This document shows positions 56,849 through 64,000 of a stretch of DNA of 64,000 nucleotides, piece by piece (position 1 is the stretch's first letter; every line of letters starts with the position of its first letter). This DNA is from Bacteroidales bacterium (GTDB taxonomy: Bacteria > Bacteroidota > Bacteroidia > Bacteroidales > TTA-H9): positions 2,034-66,033 of the forward strand of contig JBMFOU010000005.1 of assembly GCA_049969475.1 (NCBI GenBank), written 5' to 3'. A program made the translations under genes and the position numbers. Under the pieces are notes generated by a model that was given only the letters and a program-made list of their open reading frames with translations, ran no database searches and was not told the origin of the DNA.

Positions 56849-58774
56849 ATGCGCTTGCGATTGGATTTCCGGAGCAGTATCTTACCCCTGGTGTTCTACA
56901 GGATTTTTCTCGCCCTGGCTTTTATAAGCCTAACGAGGCTCATGCTTTATTTTTTCCAGAAACCTTTGTTCAATTTTCCCGATTTTCCAGGATTAAAGAG
57001 CATTTGGCTTTCAGGTTTGCGTTTCGACCTTTCGGCCGTTTTCATGCTAAATCTCCCATATTTGGCCTGGGCGCTCTTCCCCTTCCCTATCCGAAATTCG
57101 GGGCCCTGGCAAAAGACGGGCAACTTCTTGTACTACGCTGCCAACATCGCGGGTATTTTACTGAACATGGTGGATACAGCCTACTACCCTTTCAACCTCA
57201 AAAGACTTACTGCCGACATTTTTTCATTCCTGGGTGCCAACAACAATATCTTTATCCTTATTCCCCAACTTTTATACGATTTTGTACTTAATCTGCTGGT
57301 GTTCCTGCTCATTGTCATTATGTTTATAGTTTTAATAAAAAGAGTCAAACATGGAAAGGAACTCTTTTACCGATCCACTGTTCATTTCGTTTTCTGGAAC
57401 CTCCTGATATGGATGTTCATGATTGCTGGAGCGGTGATTTTTATTAGAGGAGGTTGGCAGCGGAGGCCTATTACCCTCATCAATGCCAGTGAAAAGGTTC
57501 AGCCCCAATTCTCTGCATTGGTTCTCAACACACCCTTTACCATTATAAAAACCTGGAAAAAAGAAGGTTTGCCTGAAAAACATTATTTTACCTCTGAAGA
57601 TCAGGCAACTAAGATTTTTAATCCGGTACAGACCTATTACCGGCCCGATCGGCCTGTAAAAAAAGACAATATCGTAATAATTATCCTGGAGAGCTTTGGG
57701 AGTGAACATTCGGCCTATCTCAATGAGGGATTATATCCTCCACCCTCTCGTGGATACACTCCTTTTCTGGACTCGCTGATGAAAACGGGGCTTACCTTCA
57801 GGGCTTACGCCAACGGAAAACGCAGCATTGAGGGCATCCCGGCCGTAGTAGCAGGCATACCACACCTGCTGCCAATTGAATTTATCAACTCACCTTATGC
57901 CTCCAACGATATAGAATCTCTTCCCGCCATTTTAAAAAATCATGGCTACCAATCGGTTTTTTACCATGGAGGGATAAATGGTACGATGCACTTCGATGCA
58001 TTTGCCAGCAAAGCAGGTTTCGACGCTTATAAAGGAATGAATGAGTACGAAGGGCCACCTGCCTTCGACGGGCAATGGGGCATTTTTGACGAACCCTACC
58101 TTCGATACGTGGCGCGTGAAATGGACCACCTCAAAGAACCTTTCCTTGTAACCATCTTCACCCTTTCTTCGCATCACCCCTATCAAGTTCCCGATAGTTT
58201 GAAGAATCAATTACCCGCCGGCCCATTGAAAATTCAACAAAGCATCGCATACGCCGACCATGCCCTTCGGAGATTTTTTCAAACGATTCGCAATAAAACC
58301 TGGTTCCCTCACACCCTTTTTATCCTAACTGCCGATCATACTTCAGAAGGATACCATCCATTCTATAAAACCTTAGCGGGGCAGTTTAGCATTCCACTCA
58401 TATTTTTAAAACCTGGTGACAGTCTGCCACCGGCTCGCCAAACCCTGGCCCAGCAAATTGATATCCTGCCATCGGTCTGCCAATATCTAAATCTCTACGA
58501 TACCATCATCTCGTTTGGAAAAAGTGTATTCGCCCCTCAAAAACCCGCCTTTGCCATCAACTATCTCAATGGCATCTATAACTTATTCACTGACGGGCGT
58601 CTTTTGCTTTTCGACGGAGACAAAACCACGGGCTGGTACGATTTGAGGGCAGACAGCCTGCAGTTAAAACTTAATAAAAACAGAGATATAAAGCTGGAAG
58701 CTGACGAAATGCTTGTCAAAAGCATCATCCAGCAATTCAATCACCGGATGCGGACCAATCATTTGAAACACTAA
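56849..58774 (+). CDS. LTA-synthase-family membrane transferase (paralog of 26105-27964)
   Basis: 641 aa. About 5 TM helices plus a sulfatase-type domain (IVIIILESFGSEHS, NGKRSIEGIP, LTADHTSEG). Confidence 0.85.
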   Translation: MRLRLDFRSSILPLVFYRIFLALAFISLTRLMLYFFQKPLFNFPDFPGLKSIWLSGLRFDLSAVFMLNLPYLAWALFPFPIRNSGPWQKTGNFLYYAANIAGILLNMVDTAYYPFNLKRLTADIFSFLGANNNIFILIPQLLYDFVLNLLVFLLIVIMFIVLIKRVKHGKELFYRSTVHFVFWNLLIWMFMIAGAVIFIRGGWQRRPITLINASEKVQPQFSALVLNTPFTIIKTWKKEGLPEKHYFTSEDQATKIFNPVQTYYRPDRPVKKDNIVIIILESFGSEHSAYLNEGLYPPPSRGYTPFLDSLMKTGLTFRAYANGKRSIEGIPAVVAGIPHLLPIEFINSPYASNDIESLPAILKNHGYQSVFYHGGINGTMHFDAFASKAGFDAYKGMNEYEGPPAFDGQWGIFDEPYLRYVAREMDHLKEPFLVTIFTLSSHHPYQVPDSLKNQLPAGPLKIQQSIAYADHALRRFFQTIRNKTWFPHTLFILTADHTSEGYHPFYKTLAGQFSIPLIFLKPGDSLPPARQTLAQQIDILPSVCQYLNLYDTIISFGKSVFAPQKPAFAINYLNGIYNLFTDGRLLLFDGDKTTGWYDLRADSLQLKLNKNRDIKLEADEMLVKSIIQQFNHRMRTNHLKH

Positions 58775-58783
58775 AACCCATTC

Positions 58784-59662
58784 ATGCAAAGTATTACTTT
58801 TATTATCAATCCCATATCCGGTGTGCACCATCAGCGCAAAAAAAAGTTGGTGGAACTTATTCCCCAAATTCTACCAGCTCCGGCCTATGAATGCGAGATC
58901 CATTACACTCAGGGTCCTGGTGATGGAATCCGCTTAGCTGGTGAAGCAGTGAAAAGAGGGGCAGATAAGATAATTGCTGTAGGCGGCGATGGTACGGTAA
59001 ATGAGGTAGCACAGGCACTCGTTGGAACAGAAATCCCCATGGGAATCATTCCCTATGGGTCGGGCAATGGACTGGCCAATCATTTAAAGCTACCCCGTCA
59101 CCCTGAGGAAGCCTTGAGGCTTATGGCTAATGGAAAAATAATTGCCATGGATACCCTGAGGATCAACGAGCATTTAGCCGTGAGTATTGCTGGTTTGGGA
59201 TTCGATGCCCGGGTGGCGCGCGAATATGCCCGCGAATCTCAGCGAGGTTTTCTTACCTATGCCCGCATCGCCATAAAAGAATACATCACCTTCAGGCAAA
59301 GGGAATTTCATATCACTGCTCCTGGCATCGACATCCGCCAAAAAGCTATGCTACTGAGTATTGCCAACAGCGACCAGTTTGGCTACAACACCACGATAGC
59401 TCCCGATGCCTCCATAAGCGACGGCCTGGCTGACCTGACCATCATTCGCAAAGTTCCATTCACTACTTTACTGCTCACAGCTTTTTTGCTGTTCACGAGA
59501 AAGATAAATAAAAGCCGTTATGTAAGCACGCTGCGGCTCAGCGAGTGCACCATCACGCGGGAAAAAGGTAAGTATATTAACATTGATGGCGAGCCCATCA
59601 GGATGCCCTACACTATACATTTGAAGGTTGTACCTGCATCGCTTAAAATAATTGTACCTTAG
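58784..59662 (+). CDS. diacylglycerol-kinase-family lipid kinase (YegS/BmrU/DgkB-like)
   Basis: 292 aa. IINPISG, IIAVGGDGTVNEV, PYGSGNGLA motifs. Confidence 0.88.
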   Translation: MQSITFIINPISGVHHQRKKKLVELIPQILPAPAYECEIHYTQGPGDGIRLAGEAVKRGADKIIAVGGDGTVNEVAQALVGTEIPMGIIPYGSGNGLANHLKLPRHPEEALRLMANGKIIAMDTLRINEHLAVSIAGLGFDARVAREYARESQRGFLTYARIAIKEYITFRQREFHITAPGIDIRQKAMLLSIANSDQFGYNTTIAPDASISDGLADLTIIRKVPFTTLLLTAFLLFTRKINKSRYVSTLRLSECTITREKGKYINIDGEPIRMPYTIHLKVVPASLKIIVP

Positions 59663-59680
59663 CTAAGGAAAAACTTTCCT

Positions 59681-60436
59681 ATGGATAAGCCATTCAGTTC
59701 TGATTTCTGGAGTCAGGAAGATTTCATAAAGTTTATTGGCGAAAACGATGATAGACTAAGAGTTGTAGAAGACATCATCAGCCTGAAGACGCAAAATAAA
59801 GCGATGCAGCTGGCTGAAAAATTCAAAGCAGCCTCCATCCCCGATGAAAAAGCCCTGGAGATGGCAGAGCAACTTTGGAATCCCTACACTAAACTTAAGG
59901 AAATTCACAAAATTTTGGTGATACTAGCTTTCAGAAGCAATGTACAAGCCTTTAGGATAATAGAGAAATACAAAGAAAATCCTCATCCCAGGGCAGAAGA
60001 AATGGTCCGCTTTTGTTACCACATTTCAAAAATAAGTCTCGAAGGAGAGCTCACCGATCAGCCCCTGGGACTCATTGCCACCGGTTTGGGAGGGAAAAAA
60101 ACGAAACTCAGGTTTTTGCTGGTGATTTTTCCTGAAAATCCCGTTCCTCTTACTAAAGCCCAGCAAAAGATTATTCAAAACGAGTGGAAGGAAATCTGTG
60201 CAAAATACGACATCGAAACCGAGAGCAAATACTCCTGCCCCGAATATGTTCTATTCAGGTTATTATCGCCCTTGAGGGTCGATTTTGCCGAAGTGGCAAG
60301 AGAATTTGTCACGGAATGCAACCTATACGGCAACTTCCTATCAAATAAAATATTGATAACCAACGTTAGGCTTCTTAAGAAATGGGAAATCTTATCAGCT
60401 CTTGAGCAAATAAGGTCTGAAAAAAAAGGGGGTTGA
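59681..60436 (+). CDS. hypothetical cytoplasmic protein
   Basis: 251 aa with no motif I recognise. It lies 18 nt after the lipid kinase gene, on the same strand. Confidence 0.6.
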   Translation: MDKPFSSDFWSQEDFIKFIGENDDRLRVVEDIISLKTQNKAMQLAEKFKAASIPDEKALEMAEQLWNPYTKLKEIHKILVILAFRSNVQAFRIIEKYKENPHPRAEEMVRFCYHISKISLEGELTDQPLGLIATGLGGKKTKLRFLLVIFPENPVPLTKAQQKIIQNEWKEICAKYDIETESKYSCPEYVLFRLLSPLRVDFAEVAREFVTECNLYGNFLSNKILITNVRLLKKWEILSALEQIRSEKKGG

Positions 60437-60474
60437 GTTAATCCCTTTACGCGTCGAAATTGACCCTAAGCGTC

Positions 60475-60482
60475 TAACTTTG
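60475..60482 (+). promoter_or_regulatory. -7 promoter box (TAACTTTG)
   Basis: TAnnTTTG match 35 nt upstream of ATG 60518. Confidence 0.45.
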
Positions 60483-60517
60483 CGATTAGGATAAAATGAA
60501 ATAACCCATTAATAATT

Positions 60518-62494
60518 ATGAAAAAATATCTCACACTTTTCCTCCTGGCAGGTACTTTGCTATTGACAGTCTATCTACCTGCTCAGCAGTTATTTGAAAA
60601 GGGTTCCTGGCACTGCAGTCAGAAATCTTTACACACTTACAGGCATTTACCCTCTGCAGAGGATGGATATTTCCCCAAATCTTTCGATATCATTAAATAC
60701 GATCTGGATATCGATATCTGGCATTGTTACCAGTTTCCATACCCCCACAATTTCAATGGTTATTTGATAGTTACCCTGAGGGCCGATAGTGCCTTGAACA
60801 TGATTAAACTGGATGCGGTGAATGCTTCCATGGATATATTGGAGGTTGATAGGGCAGGGACCAGTTTTAGTCATACTAATGATAAACTGACTATTAACCT
60901 TAATAGAGTGTATCAGCCGGCTGAGGAATTTCAGGTGGGAATCAAATACTTTCACAAAAATATAGAGGACTATGCCTTTTACGTAAAAAATGGTTGGGTT
61001 TTTACCGATTGCGAACCTGAAGGGGCTCGTAAGTGGTTTCCATGCTACGACCGTCCTTCCGACAAAGCCCAATGGAAACTCAGGGCGAAAGTGCCGAGCA
61101 GCGTTAAACTGGGCAGTAACGGTATCCTGGCCGATTCCACCCGAGTGGGCGATAGCATCTGGTACACCTGGAGCAGCGAAGAAAACGTGGCCACTTATCT
61201 TATGGTGATCTCTTCTAGGGTTAATTATAATCTCGACATTGTTAACTGGACCAATCCCAATAATGCCTCACAGACAGTACCTATAAGGTTTTATTACAAT
61301 CCGGGGGAGGATCCATCCTTTATTAAAAGTATTATTGGAGACATGACCTCATTTTACAGTCAAACCTTTTGCGACCACCCGTTTAGTAAAAACGGTTTTG
61401 CCACACTCAACGATGAATTTGCTTGGGGTGGAATGGAAAACCAGACCCTTACAAGTCTTTGTCAGGGGTGCTGGAGCGAAATGCTGGTGGCTCACGAATA
61501 TGCCCATCAGTGGTTTGGCGACATGATAACATGTGCCACATGGGCCGACATTTTCCTGAACGAAGGCTTTGCCACCTACTCCGAAAGCTTATGGCTCGAA
61601 AACACCCAGGGTTATGCTGCCTACAAGCAAGATGTATTGTCGAATGCCAACTATTACCTGAGTGCCAATCCCGGTTGGGCCATTTCCAATCCTTCCTGGG
61701 CCACCACCACTCCTTCTACAAGTGTACTCTTCAATTACGCTATTACCTATTGCAAAGGAGCAGCCGTTTTGCATATGCTGCGATACACCATCGGAGATTC
61801 GCTTTTCTTTGAAGTTTTGCATCAATATGCATCCAACCCTCTGCTAAAGTACGAGTCTGCCACGATCCCCGACTTCATTAATGTTGTAAACAGCGTTACC
61901 GGTCAGGATTACCAATGGTTTTTCGACCAATGGATTTACGCTCCGAATCATCCGCTTTACGCTAACACCTATAGTTTCGATCAATTACCCGACGGGAAAT
62001 GGGCTGTATATTTCCAGGTAACCCAAACCCAGACCAACACCGTGTTTTTCAAGATGCCGATTGAGATTCGCATTCTGGGACAAGATGGATTGGACACCAC
62101 CGTTCGCGTCTTCAACGAATACAACAATCAGTCTTTCATGTTTGTGGTAGATAAAAAACCTCTTATGGTAAAATTTGATCCCAACAACGACATTGTTCTC
62201 AAGCAGTCAGGCTTGATGGTCGGCACGGAGGAATTAGAAAACAAGGGTTTCAGGGCATATATCGCAGATAACGGAAACCCTCAGAAAGATGTTCTATTAG
62301 TGGTAGAAACAGGAAAAGCTTCACCTTGTAAAGTGACTCTTATGGATCTCATGGGAAAACAGATAGATATACCCTATGCAGGAATGCTCTCGCCTGGATT
62401 GAACGAAATCAAGATAAAGGTCCCCGAAACCAGAAGTTTATATATTATTAATGTAGAAACCGCTGAAAACACTCAAAAAATAAAAGTCTGGTAA
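60518..62494 (+). CDS. M1-family zinc aminopeptidase with a T9SS C-terminal sorting domain
   Basis: 658 aa. GGMENQ exopeptidase motif, HEYAHQWFGD...E zinc site, and a C-terminal ~80 aa beta-sandwich ending LYIINVETAENTQKIKVW. Confidence 0.92.
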   Translation: MKKYLTLFLLAGTLLLTVYLPAQQLFEKGSWHCSQKSLHTYRHLPSAEDGYFPKSFDIIKYDLDIDIWHCYQFPYPHNFNGYLIVTLRADSALNMIKLDAVNASMDILEVDRAGTSFSHTNDKLTINLNRVYQPAEEFQVGIKYFHKNIEDYAFYVKNGWVFTDCEPEGARKWFPCYDRPSDKAQWKLRAKVPSSVKLGSNGILADSTRVGDSIWYTWSSEENVATYLMVISSRVNYNLDIVNWTNPNNASQTVPIRFYYNPGEDPSFIKSIIGDMTSFYSQTFCDHPFSKNGFATLNDEFAWGGMENQTLTSLCQGCWSEMLVAHEYAHQWFGDMITCATWADIFLNEGFATYSESLWLENTQGYAAYKQDVLSNANYYLSANPGWAISNPSWATTTPSTSVLFNYAITYCKGAAVLHMLRYTIGDSLFFEVLHQYASNPLLKYESATIPDFINVVNSVTGQDYQWFFDQWIYAPNHPLYANTYSFDQLPDGKWAVYFQVTQTQTNTVFFKMPIEIRILGQDGLDTTVRVFNEYNNQSFMFVVDKKPLMVKFDPNNDIVLKQSGLMVGTEELENKGFRAYIADNGNPQKDVLLVVETGKASPCKVTLMDLMGKQIDIPYAGMLSPGLNEIKIKVPETRSLYIINVETAENTQKIKVW

Positions 62495-62504
62495 CTGGCG
62501 TGTT

Positions 62505-62535
62505 TTTGGAAATATAAATCTATGCTGTATCTTTG
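62505..62535 (+). promoter_or_regulatory. promoter with -33 TTTG and -7 TATCTTTG
   Basis: TTTG at 62505-62508 and TATCTTTG at 62528-62535 with a 19-nt spacer. This places the transcription start at about the first base of the riboswitch. Confidence 0.6.
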
Positions 62536-62540
62536 CCGCG

Positions 62541-62656
62541 TATTCTTCAGGGCAGGGTGAAATTCCCGATCGGCGGTATAGTCCGCGACTCCCGCATCAG
62601 GGACTGAACCGGTGAAACTCCGGTACCGACAGTTAAAGTCTGGATGGAAGAAGGAT
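62541..62656 (+). promoter_or_regulatory. FMN riboswitch (RFN element) aptamer
   Basis: TTCTTCAGGGCAGGGTGAAATTCCCGATCGGCGGTATAGTCCGCGAC...CCGGTGAAACTCCGGTACCGACAGTTAAAGTCTGGATGGAAGAAGGA. All conserved RFN blocks are present, and P1 is closed by TTCTTC/GAAGAA. Confidence 0.93.
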
Positions 62657-62709
62657 ACGTTCAGAAAATCAGGCAAACAGTGTCTGGGTTTTTGAAGGTA
62701 TTGTGCTTT

Positions 62710-62741
62710 GCCCTGAGGAATCGACTCAGGGCAATTCTTTT
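62710..62741 (+). terminator. riboswitch expression-platform terminator
   Basis: GCCCTGAG-gaatcga-CTCAGGGC (8-bp stem) followed by AATTCTTTT. It ends 15 nt before the ATG. Confidence 0.75.
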
Positions 62742-62755
62742 AAAAACACAATACT

Positions 62756-64000
62756 ATGCGTTACAGACATTGGATTTTAACTGCACTGCTACTCGCGCTA
62801 CTTTTCAATGTTAAAAGTCAGGTAAGGATTGAAGGCCGCATTATCGATGCACTTACCAACAAACCGGTTTACGATGCTAGCATTACAATTTTGGGAAGCT
62901 CAGCAGGCACCGTAGCCGCCAAAGACGGTAGTTTTAGTCTGCAAACTAATCTTAGTGACGGCACCCTTCAAATTACACATGTAAGTTATAAAAATCTAGC
63001 AATCAATTTTAAGACAAAAAACCAGGACTTAATTAATTTAGGGACTCTTGTATTAGAGCCCAAATCGTACACATTGGGAACGACCGACATTCGTGCTTTC
63101 CGTGCAGAGGAAGGGAAAAGCCCGTTGAATGTAAGAAACATCAGTCAAAGGGAGATAAGGCAGTACAACACCGGCCTTTCGTATCCCGAACTTATGCGGA
63201 ATATTCCTGGTATATATGCGAGTGGTCTTGGAGGCGGCGTGGGCGATGCAGCCATCAATATCAGAGGGTTTAAACAGGAGAACCTGGCTCTTACGCTCAA
63301 TGGAATACCCATCGGAAGTGTTGAAAACGGCTTGGTTTATTGGTCAAACTGGGATGGATTGCAGGAAGCCACTCAAAGTCTGCAGGTACAAAAAGGGATG
63401 GGAAGCGCAGAATTGGCGTTCAACGCTCTGGGAGGCACCATAAACATATCTACACATGCGCCAGCAACAGAAGAAGGAGGTCAGATTAGCTACTACACCA
63501 CCGATTATGGGCTGCAGCGTACCTCATTAAGCCTTTCTACAGGAAATCTCAGCAATGGCTGGCGATTCAGCTTTGTGGGTTCGCGCACGGTTGGTAAAGG
63601 ATATGCCGATGGAACACAGGTAAATACCTGGTCCTATTTCCTTTTTGGTGAAAAAGTTTTTAATGCCCGCCATCGTATCATCGTTAGCTTGATAGGTTCA
63701 CCCGACCGCCATGGGCAAAGAGCATCGAAACTATCATTCAACGATATTAAAAGCAGAGGAATCCGATATAATCCTGACTGGGGAACATACTATGGACGGG
63801 CCATCAATTTGCAAGAAAATTTCTACCACAAACCCTTGTTATCGATAAGTCATTACTGGACCCTTGATGAAAAATCGCAGCTAGCCACGAGCCTGTATGC
63901 TAGTTATGGTTCGGGAGGTGGTCGGTGGGCTGAAAACTTCAGCGGAGCCCCTGTTTTTGCCTACAGAACTCTCTCCGGCCAAATCGACTGGGATGCCCTG
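62756..64000 (+). CDS. TonB-dependent outer-membrane receptor (partial, continues past the window)
   Basis: Absent from the ORF track because it has no stop codon in the window. From ATG 62756, 415 codons stay open to 64000. Signal peptide MRYRHWILTALLLALLFNVKSQ, a carboxypeptidase-regulatory-like domain (VRIEGRIIDALTNKPVYDASITILG), and plug motifs (PELMRNIPGIY, DAAINIRGF, LNGIPIG, GGTINI). Confidence 0.88.
   Translation, partial: MRYRHWILTALLLALLFNVKSQVRIEGRIIDALTNKPVYDASITILGSSAGTVAAKDGSFSLQTNLSDGTLQITHVSYKNLAINFKTKNQDLINLGTLVLEPKSYTLGTTDIRAFRAEEGKSPLNVRNISQREIRQYNTGLSYPELMRNIPGIYASGLGGGVGDAAINIRGFKQENLALTLNGIPIGSVENGLVYWSNWDGLQEATQSLQVQKGMGSAELAFNALGGTINISTHAPATEEGGQISYYTTDYGLQRTSLSLSTGNLSNGWRFSFVGSRTVGKGYADGTQVNTWSYFLFGEKVFNARHRIIVSLIGSPDRHGQRASKLSFNDIKSRGIRYNPDWGTYYGRAINLQENFYHKPLLSISHYWTLDEKSQLATSLYASYGSGGGRWAENFSGAPVFAYRTLSGQIDWDAL

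Noticed and set aside
62541-62656. Because the downstream gene is a TonB-dependent receptor, I first considered this leader to be a cobalamin riboswitch.
   Set aside because: It lacks the B12-box and cobalamin core blocks. Instead it matches the RFN/FMN consensus almost base for base (GGGCAGGGTGAAATTCCC, CGGCGGTA, CCGACAGT-AAAGTCTGGATG).
1-64000. Scan for CRISPR arrays, tRNA/rRNA genes, IS elements, integrases, phage or conjugation genes, toxin-antitoxin pairs and known defence-system signatures.
   Set aside because: I found none by eye. All long ORFs are accounted for by housekeeping, envelope or transport functions, and the spacers are too short to hide arrays. A profile-based scan (PADLOC/DefenseFinder, tRNAscan-SE, ISEScan) would be needed to exclude small or divergent elements.

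Overview
This is a dense chromosomal segment with 56 CDS called across both strands. I saw no rRNA, tRNA, CRISPR, transposase, integrase or phage genes. It reads as Bacteroidota: TAnnTTTG -7 promoter boxes precede many operons, Shine-Dalgarno sites are few, and two proteins end in T9SS sorting domains. Content in order: (1) a small lipoprotein and uvrB. (2) A 16-gene co-directional exopolysaccharide locus (2824-22506), led by a CheY-like receiver and a pseudo-receiver::phosphoglycosyl-transferase fusion; it contains a half-length TolC-like protein and a LysM-bearing Wzc-like co-polymerase but no recognisable Wza. (3) An arsR / HesB-like Cys4 protein / arsC / acr3 operon. (4) pdxB, an LtaS-like transferase, miaA, hemW, an orphan histidine kinase and tkt. 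(5) An eight-gene, mostly overlapping minus-strand operon (45127 down to 36379): GroES-like protein, BtuFCD-type ABC importer, secreted EEP hydrolase, lipoprotein amidohydrolase, J-domain protein and a signal-less 8-bladed PQQ-like propeller. (6) mutL with tandem rhomboids, a membrane EEP protein and a TIGR02757-like protein. (7) An OMP-SPOR / TPR pair, a 363-bp very AT-rich spacer and ychF. (8) A lipoprotein / LtaS-like / DAG-kinase-like operon and a T9SS M1 aminopeptidase. (9) At the right edge, a textbook FMN riboswitch with terminator in front of a TonB-dependent receptor that runs off the window. Several ORF-track entries begin at TTG/GTG codons and were trimmed to ATG starts. All functional calls come from reading motifs by eye; no database or structure searches were run.
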